Origin: Perna viridis
Taxonomy: Eukaryota
Reading direction: 5' to 3'
Assembly (NCBI GenBank): GCA_037379345.1
Contig: CM074511.1
Location: 54,566,862 to 54,630,861, forward strand
DNA length: 64,000 nucleotides
Shown: one piece after another, positions 26,401-41,400 of the stretch
Layout: each line of letters starts with the position of its first letter
Numbering within the stretch: the stretch's first letter is position 1
The notes under the pieces: model-generated
Told to the model about the DNA's origin: nothing
Database searches by the model: none
Seen by the model: only the letters and a program-made list of their open reading frames with translations
Translations under genes and position numbers: made by a program

Positions 26401-29400
26401 GATTTCAAAGTATGTACATTAACATGACTCTTACTTCCAACCACATCCAAAAATGCTTGTGAACTTTGACCAGTTCCAACGGCATTCGTTGCATGGCAAA
26501 CGTAGTTTCCTTCATCAGCAAGATCAACATTGTTGATGGTTAGTGAAGGAGATATCAAAGTACCACCGTCATATTTAGTCGATGTTGACGGATTTAATGT
26601 TGCCGTATTTCCATTGGGTGTCTGTTTTGTCCAGTAAACTGTGGAATGTTGTGGGTTAGCTGATATAACACAATCAATGGTAATAGTATTACCAATGTTT
26701 GTAGAGTAGGTACTCTGGGAAATGGTCACAACTGGTATATCTACAAATAGAATCATGCATTATTGTTATAACATGCATGGGAGAAAAGCTGTATTTTAAA
26801 ATAGTTATAGACTAACTCTGAAATGTAAATTGAACTTGAGTATAATATTTGTCTAGAAAATATTGAATATACCATTGGTATCAGATACAAGAGTTAATTA
26901 TTCGACATGGATTTCAGCAAAAATTAATGAAAGAAAAGAGCAAAATAAAAGACAAACATAAAGACGATTAGTAAATGGAAAGTCAAAAAGGAAAAATCGG
27001 AACAACAAATTGCAAAATCAAGGCAGGAAAAAACCAGTAAGTTTGAAACCGCAATAGTTCTGACTTGGTATAGACATTTTTAAAAGACATGGTAGGTAAA
27101 ACCAGGTTTTATATCGCGCTATACCCCCGCATCAATAACTGTTAACTGTCTCCGGTGGATTGCTAACGGGCAGCGTGACATTGACACTTGTTCAAATCAC
27201 AAGTCATAACAATACCGAAGATACATTCATGATATCATGAAAATCTAAACCTATATTTTTGTCAGAAGCAAAATAGTTCTCAATAAGGCCTGGATACAGT
27301 TAATAACACTGCTTCAGGCTGTGTAGGAGACGCATTTTTCATCATGCCCTTTGTTCAAAAGCCTATCTCTCAGGCAACAATGGCGGGCGTATTAATAAAT
27401 CAGATTATTACCTAATTATAAGGTTTTATCTTGTTTATTAAATGTACACATATTTTTCTATATTTTCAAAATTTATTCAGGACAGGGCGATCTATTGCAT
27501 TGTTGATGTACTATTGCACGGTACAATAGTCTCCTTGAGGAGTCTATTGCATTGACCCAATAATGACCTTTATCTAAGCCTATTGTTTGGTTGAATTTTT
27601 TTAAGCGCTTCATTGAATTGGAATTTACACACAAAAAACTCGTGTGTAAAAACGTAGATGTGACTCTCGTCTGCCAATTCGTAAACATGGAGCGGTCAAT
27701 TTCCTATTCCTGGTCGAATGGTTGTCTCTTTGACATATTCCCCATTTCCATTCTTTATTATATCTCATAGACAAATTAGGTAATAAAACAGTTATTAAAT
27801 GGGTTGGATGCAATAGACCAGAACATTTGTCCTTTGGTACTGAGAATGATCAAGTGTTCTTCTTGATCATTCTCAGTACCAAAGGACAAATGTTCTGGTC
27901 TATTGCATCCAACCCATTTAAGAACTGTATAATAGTGGCTAATAGATCCGTCATATTATAACAACTGTGAAATATAAACATTATACACAGAGTAAGCTGG
28001 AATGTTAATGCAAATGAAAGGGATTTATATTTTACAATCAAAATCGTGTCGTTTGTCATATATTATTGTACGGAGATGACTACTGTCGTCGAAATCGAGA
28101 TGAAGATCCAAGAATGATTCGGAGAAAGCCGTGTTAAAGTCTCTGTAATTTCTAGTTCTGGTGGATAAATGGACGGAAGCAACTCTTCAAATTTAGGTTT
28201 ACTAAGTGAAAGAGCATCGCTGATATATCGATGTGTGAATTAAAAGGGAACTTACTTCCAATAACTGTGAGAGGACCCTGTGAACTTTGTCCTGTCCCAA
28301 CAGAGTTTGCGGCTAAACAAACATATCTAGCTTCATCATTACTGTTCAAGTTCGAAATTGTGAGTGATGGTGTGGTTATTGTAGAACCAGAGTATCTGGA
28401 GTTGGACATATCAACAGTAGAAGTTGTAGCTCCTGTAATTTTATGCCAGTATACGGAAGTTGCTTGCGGATTAGCAGATACTGTACAACCGAGAGTAATT
28501 GAGTCACCGTAGTTTCCTGTGAAGGATGTCTGTGTTAATGTTACACTTGGAACACCTGGAAAATAATTTAGAGACATGTAGATAATGTCAGGTGTAACAG
28601 GTCATTCCAGGACAAATAAATTTAAATGAAAGTTACAACAGAACAACGTAAAACAATGTAATACTTTAGATGTCTTCAGTAGTGAAAAAGACTCTTACAT
28701 AATTCGACACAAAAACTTACTTCCGGTAACAGCCAAAACTACTTGTGTACTCTGTCCGGTTCCGACGCTGTTAGTTGCGAAACATACATAGGTACCCTGA
28801 TCCGAAAGTGCAGCACTTGTTATGGTTAAAGATGGTGTGGTAGTAGAAGAACCAGTAAACCTGCCTCCCATGTTAACGTTGTTTGTGTTGCCACCTGAAA
28901 TGAACTGCCAATAGACAGAAGTTGCCTGTGGATCAGCTGTTACTTGACAATCGATTGTAACAGAACTACCAACGTTTACTGTATAGGCAGGGGTCGGAGC
29001 GACGACGACTGGAATATCTGAAAAGAAATTATTTCTGTAATCAGTGTGTTTGTTATTTACATGATTGACCTTAACAAAATTTGTTTGTTTTGTTTGTTTG
29101 TTGGGGTTTAACGTCCGAGCAGCAATATTTCAGCTATGTTCAGACAATGAACATGAAATGGATGATAAAATGAACATGAAATGAAAAAAAGAAAGGATGG
29201 GTCACAAGGATAATAGGGTCGACAAATTTTGATTGCCACTGGAAAAAGGGGAGGATGAGTAAGGTCGGGCAATTTAGCCTCCTGTGGCGGAGCGCAAAGG
29301 TTCCTACTCCTATCGAATACCACAGCAGGGTTCTTTAACGTGCGAGGAACGTGGCATCTTTCCCAACACGGTGCACCACTATGGTTTGCGGTCAGGTTTT

Positions 29401-32400
29401 CCGTATTATAGCCTGACAACCCCAGCATGTAACATGCCAGGGGTACCCCATTCCACCATCTGGGGCACACATCCCAGTTCCCCTGTGGGCAGAGCGCCTA
29501 TCCCCTGGCTAGGTTTCTGAGCACTATTTAGTCGCCTTTTACGACAAGCTTAGCGCTGCTGCAGGCCTATTCTTTTGACACCCGGACCTGCACGGGGCGA
29601 CCTTAAAAATGAAGAATATCAAAAATGCAGTTGAATTGAACTTTTGAAGTGTTATGATTTTGGTAAGATGCTGTCAGTTTAACTGAAACGTTAAAGCAGT
29701 CTATATCAGGTTTAACAACTTACTTCCAAGAACATCCAGGAATGTTGTCGAACTAATTCCGGTACCAACACTGTTAGTTACTTTACAAACATAATTTCCT
29801 TCGTCTGATTCAACTGCATTGTTGATTATCAAAGATGGCGACTGGACAGTTGATCCACTGAACTTGGTAATGGCAGTAGAAATCGTAGTGACTTGGTTTG
29901 CAACAGTTTTTTCCCAAGTTACACTGGTGGCAATTGGATTTGCAGTAAACCTACATTCCAAAGTAACTGACGAACCTCTGTTTACGCTGTAAGCATTGAC
30001 TGGTACAGTAACAGACGGTATACCTGTAATTAAAGAAGATAAATCAACATCATACAATTACACGTTGCATGGAAAGCGTATGATTTATTATGAAACTGTT
30101 CAACTAATAGGACCTAACCATCAAAATAATACTTACTTCCAATCACATCTAAGAAAGTCTGTTGACTTTGTCCGGTTCCAACTGCATTTGTTGCTCGACA
30201 AATGTAAAAGCCTTCATCGTCAATCACAGCATTGTTAATAATAAGAGATGGAGATCCAACAGTACTTCCACTGTATTTTGCATTTGACATTTGTACATCC
30301 GTTGCAACATTGTTTACAAAACGCTGCCACGTGACACTTGTTTCAGTTGGACTTGCAGTAACTGTACACTGTAGAGTAATAGAGTTACCAACATTTACGG
30401 AATAACTGGTTGACAGGACATTTACAACCGGTATACCTATAATAAAAATGGTAACAATATGATATACTTATAATGTTTAAGTAAATTTAAGGTTTGTAGA
30501 CTCAGAGTATTGCAAAAAATAAAAAAGAAAGTTGCATTTAAATTCAGGGAAAATATACAAAGAACTTAAACAAAAGTTTTACGTTTGATAAAAGTGATTA
30601 TATGGACGACCATACTATGTTAAAAGGAAAGTTTAAAAACTGTTACTCACTTCCTACAACGTCTAAGTATGTCTGACTACTAGTTCCTGTTCCAACACTA
30701 TTTTGGGCATTACAGACATAGTAGCCTTCATCAGTGAGGGCAGTATTTAGTATAGTTAATGCAGGAGTTGTTGTTGTTGAACCGCTGTATTTGTTTGTCT
30801 GTTGCATATTGATGTTTGTTGCAACTCCATTTGTCACTTTCTGCCAGAAAACTGAAGTGTGGGCTGGATTTGCCGAGATCGTACATGGAATTGTTACAGA
30901 TACTCCAATATCGACATTGTACTGCGGCTGTGGTATGGTTACCGTTGGCTGAGCTAGAATACATCAAATTATAATGGCATCAAGCATAACGTTCAATAAT
31001 AAGTATGTATTGAAGAATCAACTTTCTGAGCCGACTTAAAAATAAATCTTTACACCGCTTTAGATATCAACTTAACGTAATTCAGTTGAAGATTACAGGT
31101 GTAAAATAATTTTAAAAGCAATGTAAAAAATACTGAAATACATTAAGGAAAGATATTCTAAAACTTCTTGAAACTGTCTGTTGTGATAGGATTTACCGTT
31201 TTTAGTGCACTTACTTCCTTGGACATTTAAGTATGTCTGAGTACTAGTTCCTGTTCCGACAGAGTTGGTAGCCTGGCATGTGTAGTATCCTAAATCTGAG
31301 GATGCAGCGTTTACAATTGTCAAGGAAGGAGTGTTGATATTGCCTCCAGAGTATTTGGTAGGATTGCCAGTTATATCGATAGCTACAGAATTTCCACCAG
31401 TCACCTTGTTCCATCCTACTGAAGTTGCCGAAGGTGTGGCAAATACCGTGCAAGTGAGTGTGACTGAATTTCCAAGGGTTACAGTGAAACCTGTTCCGAC
31501 AGTAACAGATGGCACACCTGAAATTTATACATGATAATATTGAACGCAGGGACTTTTCAAAGATGCAGTTTTTAGTAACTGTATGGAACTTAAGAAAAGT
31601 AAAGGGGTAAATTCACTAACACTAGTTTCTGGCCTACTATTTTGCCAAAGTTTCAACTTGCTTTTTGAAATTTACTATTTGCCTATTTTAAAGCTAAAAT
31701 ACTATTTGAAACTAGTATACAGAACATACATGCTGTTGCGTGATAATTTTTTCATAAGGAGGCACAATACTCTACATCTACACAGTTTTCGAAGAATTTT
31801 CACAAAAATGTGAGGATCATGGGTAGTTTTTTAATCCAAAAATAGAGAGCGCAAGCTATGAACAACAAAATATTTTGTCAGGAGTTGCAATGGTACAGAA
31901 GGCTATTTTTGTAGAAATAACAAAGAGTTCGATAAATGCGCTCTATATTTTCTACATAAAAATGTCTCATGAAATAAGCTATTCTAATACAATTCGGCTA
32001 GATTTTCAAATTTTGGGTTATTTACCTCAACAATTTTAGTGCAACACATGCATTAACAGCAATGAAACTTTGTTTTTCACGAAAGTCACATATTCAACTA
32101 GTAAATTATGCAATTTTCAAATTTATTTGAAATACTTTAGTTTTTGGGGTTGATTTTGCTATTTTCTTAACATACTCCTTTACGATAGGGATACTTGAAA
32201 GCAAATATTTGAATACAAAATTTCTATGAATTTTCATAGCAACGTTTTTTAAACTTACTGCCAACAACAGAAAGCTGGGTTTGTTGACTCTGTCCAGTCC
32301 CAATTGAATTAACAGCAAAACATTTGTATGACCCTGCATCATTGGAGTCTGCATTGAAGATAGTCAAAGATGGATTGGTAGTTGTCGACCCTGTGTACTT

Positions 32401-35400
32401 GTTTGTGCTCGTGTTAATGTTAGTTTGAACACCATTCCTGGTTTTCTGCCAATAGACACTTGTAGCTGCCGGGTTACCAGTCACTGTACACACTAGCTGT
32501 ACTGACTGGCCATAATTGACGGAATATGAAGCCTGGACAATGCTAACTGTGAGCACACCTGAAATAAAGCTTTCGTTTATTATATTGTTCTATGGAAGTT
32601 TGCATTATATTACATGCCACAATCGTTAAACATCAAATACAAGTAGATGCGATAATTGAGTAAATCCTTTACAATAGGTTCTTTATGAACTGATTTATCA
32701 ATCTGATTGCATAAACTTACCATAACAACATCAAATTTTAAAACATCATTGTAAGTACATATTGGGAAAACACTTACTTCCAGTGATATCCAGATAAGTC
32801 TGTGAACTTTGACCTGTTCCAACCACATTAGTGGCTGTGCATATATAGTAACCTTCATCGGAGTTAGCAGCATTGGTAATGGTCAATGAAGGTACATTTG
32901 TTGTACCTCCACTATATCTATTATCAGATACATCTACGTTCTGCTGGTTACCATTTACGATCTTTTTCCACTGGACACTTTGATGTGCAGGGTTTGCCGT
33001 CACTGAGCATTGTAACGTTACACTATTGCCAATTTCAACTGGATAGTAGTTTGAAGATACAGTGACACTTGGTATGGCTGTAAAACAAATATTACACTAA
33101 ACAATAAAGTCATTGTTTTGAGACAGACTTTCATAACGAATAACTATGAATACAATATGAATTGGCAATAAATTTTCGTAAATCATTTCAACATTGTGGG
33201 TTGACGGTTTTTGCTGAACGAAATATCTCTCAGATTCAAAAATTAATGTTGTTGACCAGTGAAAACTACTTACTGCCTTGAATATCTAAGTACGTCTGAG
33301 AACTCTGTCCCGTTCCAACACTGTTCGTGGCTGAACATACATAAAAAGCTTCGTCACTGCTGTCAACATTAGATATGACCAGGCTAGGGGATGATACTGT
33401 GCCCCCGGAATATCGACCAGAGATAGTAAGCGTTGATGGAATTCCATTCTGTATTTTTTGCCACTGAACGCTGGTAGCACTTGGTGTTGAATCAACGGTA
33501 CAAACAATTGTTGCAGTGCCTCCGAAACTCACAGGATAAAAAGTAGATCCAATAGTTACAACTGGGACGCCTAAAAATATATTTGTTATCGTAAGAATCT
33601 ATGAAAATCATTTTCCTAATCAATTTATTGCACATTGAGCCGACATTGTCGTTAAAAAAACTTCGATGAATGCGTAATACATGTACTACATATACAAATC
33701 TGTAATTATAATTTTATACATGGATGTTCCCACAAGTTTAATTGCTGATAAACTTATATCAGGCTTTTAACAAAATCTTTACTTACTACCAATCACGTCC
33801 AAGAATGTTTGAGAACTTTGTCCACTTCCAACACTGTTTGTAGCCATGCAAACATAGTAACCCTCGTCACTCAGCACCGCACCAGATATTGTCAATGTTG
33901 GACTGCTAACAGAGGCACCAGAGAATCTACCAGAAACTTGTACTGTAGTGGTTGCTCCATTAACTATTTTCTGCCATGTAACAGATGTATGGGTAGGATT
34001 GGCCTGCACTGTACAAACCAAATTAATGCTGCTACCGATGTTAACAGAATAGACGTTCTCTTGAACAGTCACTGTTGGTACATCTGAAAAAGAAATTGAA
34101 TATATATTTATGAAAATAATATTTATGAAATTATATTCACATTTTCTCTCAATGCTTAAAAATCCTTAGAATCATATAAGACAAGATAAGTTTTCTTTAA
34201 TTGCGTACGCTAAGTCACAACAAACTAACGAGGTGCTTAACACGATTACTTCAGTACATCTTTTTACTCTTTTTTACTTGAACTTGAAAAAAACAAAGTT
34301 TTTGTCAAAAACATAAAAAAAAAACTTACTGCCAATAACATCTAGGTACGTTCTTTGACTCTCTCCAGTGCCGATACTATTGGTTGCAAAACAGATATAA
34401 TTCCCCTCATCAGATGACTGTACATTGCTGATGACGAGAGAAGGACTACTAACAGTACTACCACTATATCTGGTGCCTACTGAGGTCGTATCGACGTTTT
34501 GTTGTTGGTTGTTAACTACCCTTCTCCAGAAAACATTCGTCGCTGCTGGTGAAGCAACAACAGTACAACCTAGTGTCACAGTACCGCCGATGTTGGTATT
34601 ATATGTAGATAATGTCACTGTTACTGATGGGACGTCTAAAAAGAAAATATCGTAAATGGAAGCGTTACATTGTAACAAACATTTCCGCCTGTTAATTATA
34701 TAACAATAGTCATTGCTGAAAAAAAAGCATCACCAGGATCAATCATTTTTTTTTTTTCAGTTCAAATGAAATATGAATTTACAGAAGTGGACGTCGAAAA
34801 AACGTAGAAATATTTCTAAGTGAACACCTTAAAGTATATTTACTTACTTCCAGTAACAGAGAGGAATGTCTGTGAAGATGTTCCTGTACCTACAGCATTA
34901 GCAGCTGTACACACGTAGTACGCAGAATCGCTGGTAGCAGCGTTGTATATAACCAGATTTGGACTGTTGACAGTAGGTGTATTGTATTTGCTTGGGTTAT
35001 TTGTTAAGGATTGTTGTATTCCATTTACCACTTTATACCACTGCATGCTTGTAGCAGATGGATTGGCCGTGATGGAGCATTCTAATGTAGCTGTCTGGCC
35101 AGTCAGTATATTGTAGTTGTTTGATGAAATAGATACAATCGGTAAACCTGGAAGTGTATGACAAATTGTTGTAAAACAATACTTTCGATCGAAGAATATC
35201 GATTATATCACCATATTAAACCTTGTACTCAAAATGACTTGATCAGTTTTGTTTTGTTTTATTTTTGGTTTTGGTTTTGTTTTTGTTTTGTTCTTATTTT
35301 TTGGTTACATTTCTACGAGACGAGAGAGTGGTAACTTGGTAATTCAAAGGGCGAAATTTCAAGGTGTGCAGTTTTAAAATTTCATTTGTAGAGTTAATTG

Positions 35401-38400
35401 GTTACTATGAAAAACTTGTGATATCGAAAATACTTGATATCTATTGATTTTTAATGCATACTTCCAAGTACGTCAACATAGGTCTGCTGACTGTTTCCTG
35501 TTCCGACGCTGTTTGTTGCATAACACTTATAGAATGTTTCGTCACTTTGCTCTACATTAAAGATGGTAAGAGATGGGTTACTGACAGTGGATCCGCTATA
35601 CTTTGCCGAGTTAGCCGTGGATATGGTATTCTCCTGTCCATTCTGTACTTTTGTCCAGTAAACGGTTGTGTGGGTAGGGTTGGACGTTACTGAACAAACC
35701 AGTTGAACAGTCTGTCCAAAATTTACTGGGTAGTTGCTATTTGCAACAGTAACAATTGGTACATCTAAAATGAAATGATTATATACCGCCATAAGTAACA
35801 GTTATAATTATTCTGTCCATATTGATTTATATTTTAAAATGAGACAGATTTTGTCATAAAACAAAAGGGGACAGAGACTTTTTAATGTGCATTTGTTTAT
35901 TATTTGACTTCATTCCAGCAACACTGAGATAATAGGGTTACTTACTTCCTACAACACTGAGATAATAGGGTTACTTACTTCCAACAACACTGAGATAATA
36001 GGGTTACTTACTTCGAACAACACTGAGATAATAGGGTTACTTACTTCCTACAACACTGAGATAATAGGGTTACTTACTTCCTACAACACTGAGATAATAG
36101 GGTTACTTACTTCCAACAACACTGAGATAATAGGGTTACTTACTTCGAACAACACTGAGATAATAGGGTTACTTACTTCCTACAACACTGAGATAATAGG
36201 GTTACTTACTTCCTACAACACTGAGATAATAGAGTTACTTACTTCGAACAACACTGAGATAATAGGGTTACTTACTTCGAACAACACTGAGATAATAGGG
36301 TTACTTACTTCGAACAACACTGAGATAATAGGGTTACTTACTTCGAACAACACTGAGATAATAGGGTTACTTACTTCCTACAACACTGAGGGTAGTAGGG
36401 TTACTCTGACCATTTCCAATACTGTTGACAGCGAAACATCTATACACTCCTGCATCAGTAGAGGCTGTATTCAAGATAATTAAAGACGGAGAGTTGACCG
36501 TTGAACCTTGATATTTCTGTGTATTTGCCATGGATATCGTCTGAGGGGCATTATTCCCGACAGTTAATGTCCAATAGATACTGGTTTCTGTAGGATTAGC
36601 GGACACTGTGCATGGAATAGTGATTTGGCTTCCAATATTGACACTGTAGCTGTTTTGAGGTATGGAAACGCTTGGTATATCTAAAATGAAATTAGAAGCT
36701 CAACAAATGTACCAATTTTCTTTTTTTCCCAAATGTTTAAATTCAGCATTTGCATTATGCGTGTTTTAACTTATCATATAATCTATGCATACATAATCCA
36801 ATAAGCAATTTTCAATTTATTTATATCGAGATAAAACACTGAAGATTATAACTACACTTGAAGTGGTCGCAAATGAGAAAAACGTTTTGCATATAAATTT
36901 TATAAAACAAGAAAGCAATACACTTTAAAGATATTAGTTTCCTCAGTTTCTTGGAACGCTAAATTATTTGCGCCGTTAAATAAAAGTATGCATTCACATG
37001 TTAAAAACCAACATTAAAAAAAAAGACATGTTTAATCCTTCATAGTGCCATGCTTTGAAAGTACTAATAGAAAGAAAATTATTCAAAATATTCATAAAAT
37101 ATTTTTACTTTCACGATCAGTACTTACTGCCAACAACATCAAGGAAAGTATCACTGCTAGTAGCCGTTCCAACAGAATTTGTAGCTGAACAAACGTAATT
37201 TCCTTCATCACCGGCGGTGGCTCCTGTAATTGTCAGTGAAGGCGTTTGTACGGTTGATCCACTATATTTATTGTTATTGTTTGTTCCCATATTGATTGCT
37301 GTTAGGACTCCATTTACACGTTTTTGCCAGAATACATTAGTAGCTGAGGGATTTGCTACGACTTGACAACCCAAAACTACCGTATTGCCAAGAGTAGTTG
37401 TGTATGTATTGGACAACACCTGAACTGTAGGAAGCCCTGCAATAAAAAGGAAAACACATCCACATTAAAATATCTTACATAATAGGTGAGAATTAAGTTA
37501 CAATATTAAATATGGAAAAATATTCATGTCTTTCTACTGTTATTCCCTTCTTGCGGAGCTCGGGATGCAGCCATATTTTATCCTGTTTCTGCAGAGTTAC
37601 CTCCCGTAAGAGCAGGTGTAATTTCGAAGTCTCTCTAATCGATGTTCGGCTTCGGGTGCAGAAAAAAGAGGTAACTCGAATGAAAATGGAATCCCCAGCA
37701 GACAAACACAACGGTGTTTCTAAAATTTACAGGGTGTTTCATTTTGTTGGTAGGTTACATAAGGATGATTTTCATTTGTATCCCGGGTGAGGAAAATTTA
37801 TTGCAGGGTCAGTAGAACGAGAAATTCCCTTTTGACTTTCGAGATTTTCTAAAATATCGTCGATATCAGATGGAAAAATCTACGTGTTCCGAATAGACAC
37901 CTGCTCCAACAGGGAGATAAATGTTGACAAAATGTTGTTCCGCAAGTCGGGAATTTCCTTTTCACTTCCCCGCAATTAAGACTGGTAACTAAGGTATTCG
38001 TTAATCGTTAATCGTGAAAAAAAAATCAATCTGAGTATATTGCCATACGCTATAGAAAAATCAATATAATAATAGCAATTCTATTGGTTTTTTACCTCCA
38101 AGAACATCAAGGAATGTCTGCTGACTGGATCCTATTCCCACACTGTTTTGGGCAAAACATTGATAGTATGCTTCATCAGAGAGAGATAGTGAGGATATAG
38201 TGAGAGATGGAGTAGCAACAGTAGAACCGGAAATTCTAGAACTGGATGTAGATACGTCTGTCGTCTGTCCTCCCTGTATCTTTCTCCAGTATACGTTAGT
38301 TGTTGCAGGATTCGCTGTGACCGTACAGACTAACGTTACTGTTTGTCCGATGTTACCTGAGTATTGACTCTGAGCTACCGTAACTGTTGGAATATCTGTA

Positions 38401-41400
38401 AAAGAAAATAAAATGCAGTTCTTACCATTTTACTTTAGGTTATGCAAATTGCCACGATACACGGCTTTTGATCAATATAGTGGCGTAACTATAAAAAAAT
38501 TCTACACAAGTTTGAAAAAAATATTGATTAAAGACGTGGTGAATAAGCTAGTAAACATCAATAACGTCATTAATATTAACTACTTCTCATTAATTTAGCT
38601 ATTACTTACTTCCTGTGACATCTAGGAATGATGTTTGACTGCTTCCTGTTCCAACGCTATTGGCAGCAGAACAAATATAATTCCCTTCATCGCTTGTTGC
38701 GGCGTTACTTATAGTAAGTGATGGTGTGGTTACTGTACCACCAGTTAACCGGCTTCCATCAATGGTTACCGTCGTCTGTTGTCCATTGACTATCCTCAGC
38801 CATGTAACAGATGTATGAGTTGGGTTCGCAGAAACCGTGCATTGTAGTGTAATAGTTCCACCTTGTGTCACCGAATAACTGTTAGACAGTATGGAGACAG
38901 TTGGAATGGCTGAAAAAAGGACGAAAAACAAAATTTTACATGTGGATATATATTGATAGGATTCTTTGTTTATAGGGGGTATAGCTGTTGATTATAGGAA
39001 TGGCTGTGCCCTGAAGATTTGTTCCATGTATATTAAGTGAGTTGTGCACTGCAAGATTTTAAATCGTGAAATATGCTAATAACACTGAACGAAAAAAGAA
39101 ACTTTTTCATCACCCTTAAACATTTAAGGATTGGCTTAAGTTGGTTTATTTAAGTACCTCCGAGAACATCAAGAAACGTCTGGGAACTTTGTCCTGTACC
39201 GATGCTGTTTGAGGCAAAACAAATATAGTTAGCCTCGTCACTAACAGCAGCATTGTTTATCGTAAGAGATGGGTTGTTGACAGAAGAACCGCTGTACTTG
39301 TTGTTGCTGTTTGCTATGTTAACAGTTGTCGTCACGCCATTCTGGATTTTACGCCAGAAGACGATGGTGTGTGTAGGATTAGCAGTGACGGTACAAACAA
39401 GCGTAACAGAGCCTCCAATGTTGGTACTGTAGGATGAGCTTTGTATGGTAACACTGGGTACATCTACAACATAAAGAATTATATTTGTAGAGTCAGCTTA
39501 TATTTTTATTGATATCGTTAAACACAACTTGTTTTGGACCCAAGGTAGTGAGTGTGTAATATTCTGGTTTTTGCAACGATGTTATTGTTTTTTACTCGTT
39601 TTCTTTTTGAATATGGTAATATCTAATATATTTGAACCAATACCATAAATATAATAAATAGAAAGTTTTAACGACTGCGATCATTATTCGTTATATAAGA
39701 ATCGATTGCAAAAGATGCGTTTAATGTTGAACCATATATATTTGTATCGTACTCTTATCTAAAAGTTTTTTTTTCCTTGGTTGAAATTGAAAAGTTTGTT
39801 TGTATAGTCAAGTATTTATGAAAGTTCTTGGAGATTAAATACATGAATTGGAGTTATTTCTTGTAAGCAATTCTATTAAATCGAATTTGGTTTTTAAATA
39901 TAATCAGCTTATATTTAAGGACTTTAAGTCAAATTATAATTCTTTATTGATGCAATAAACAGTAAAACTATACTCAGTGAAAACATGCCAGAATTTCGAA
40001 ATCAATTTATAGTATGGGTAGAATGATTTGAATAATAATTGTAAAGAAAATAAATCTTCATTTTGAGGTAAAAAACTTAATAGTTATATATTGTATATTG
40101 AACCCCTCATTTGACAAAGAAAGGTTTTCTTTATTTACGCAATAGTTACTTACTGCCAACTACATCCAATGTAGCAATCGAACTTTGACCTGTACCAACA
40201 CTGTTTGTAGCATAGCAAATATAATCAGCTTTATCACTTGATGCTGCATTAGATATTGTAAGAGATGGTGTCGAAACAGTAGATCCTGAATATTTCCCGC
40301 CACTGTTTATCACGTCAATGTCGGACGTGACACCATTTACTGTTTTCCTCCAAAATACTTGATAGTGAGCTGGATTGGAAGTTATTAAGCAACCCAGAGT
40401 GACTGTACCTCCAGTGTTAACTTGATAGTTGCTAATTGTCACTTGGACATTGGGAATTTCTGAAAACAAGCAACAGTAAAGGAGTTTCATTTAATAAAAG
40501 AGTGGCCAAAAAATGATGCCACAAATCAATAAAATATCAGCATCTTAATAAAGTACTTGAAACTTATTAGGCTTATGCAGTAGGACAGCAGTAATTCTTG
40601 TGTTTAAAATTCTAAAAAATAAAGTCAACAGAAGTATTTGTCACAAATGGCAATGTATACTTACGACCTGACACGCCTAGAACGGCTTGCTGACTGGATC
40701 CTGTTCCAATGGAATTAACAGCGTAACATATATAGTTTCCTCTGTCGCTCAAATCTGCATTTAGTATGGTCAGAGATGGAGAAACGATAGTAGATCCACC
40801 ATACTTGCTTGGGTTTGTAGAGGGACCGATGTTAGTGCTTTGTCCATTGACATCTCTGGTCCAGTAGACACTAGTAGCGGCGGGAGTAGCAGAAACGGTA
40901 CAACCAATTGTGATGGAATTTCCTACTTGGACATTGTAGGTAGACCCACCTATTGTTACTACGGGGACACCTGAAATATGAAAAGAAAGTTTCATTTTAA
41001 ATTTCAGACAGTTTTAATGCTTATGTTGTGTTCCGTGTAATGCATTTCTTAAACCTAAAGAAAAACGAAAGCGCGTGCTACCAAATTTACAGATACAAGT
41101 ACATTTTGTATTATTTTTTGGCAAGTGATGTGACGCATGTGAATTACTAGTTTTCATTTCCATGTAATTAAGACTAATAGAACTTACCCCCAGTTACATC
41201 TAGAAAGGTATTTTGGCTATTTGATGTTCCAATGCTGTTAGATGCGTAGCAAATATAGGTTCCCTCATCATCGATGGTTGCCCCAGTGATGGTAAAGGAT
41301 GGATTGGTTGTAGTACCACCACTATACCGACTGTTGGTAGATATAGTGACATCGGTCGGTACACCATTCACCAACTTTCTCCAGTATACATTGTTGGCGG

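Noticed and set aside
35919-36390. CRISPR-like appearance of the 33-bp array
   Set aside because: No unique spacers, eukaryotic context, and the unit derives from the adjacent exon end.
30643-40154. In-frame stop right after many donors (GSK*/GSE*) as a designed secreted-isoform system
   Set aside because: Expected from a phase-1 GTAAGT consensus followed by AA/AG in AT-rich introns.
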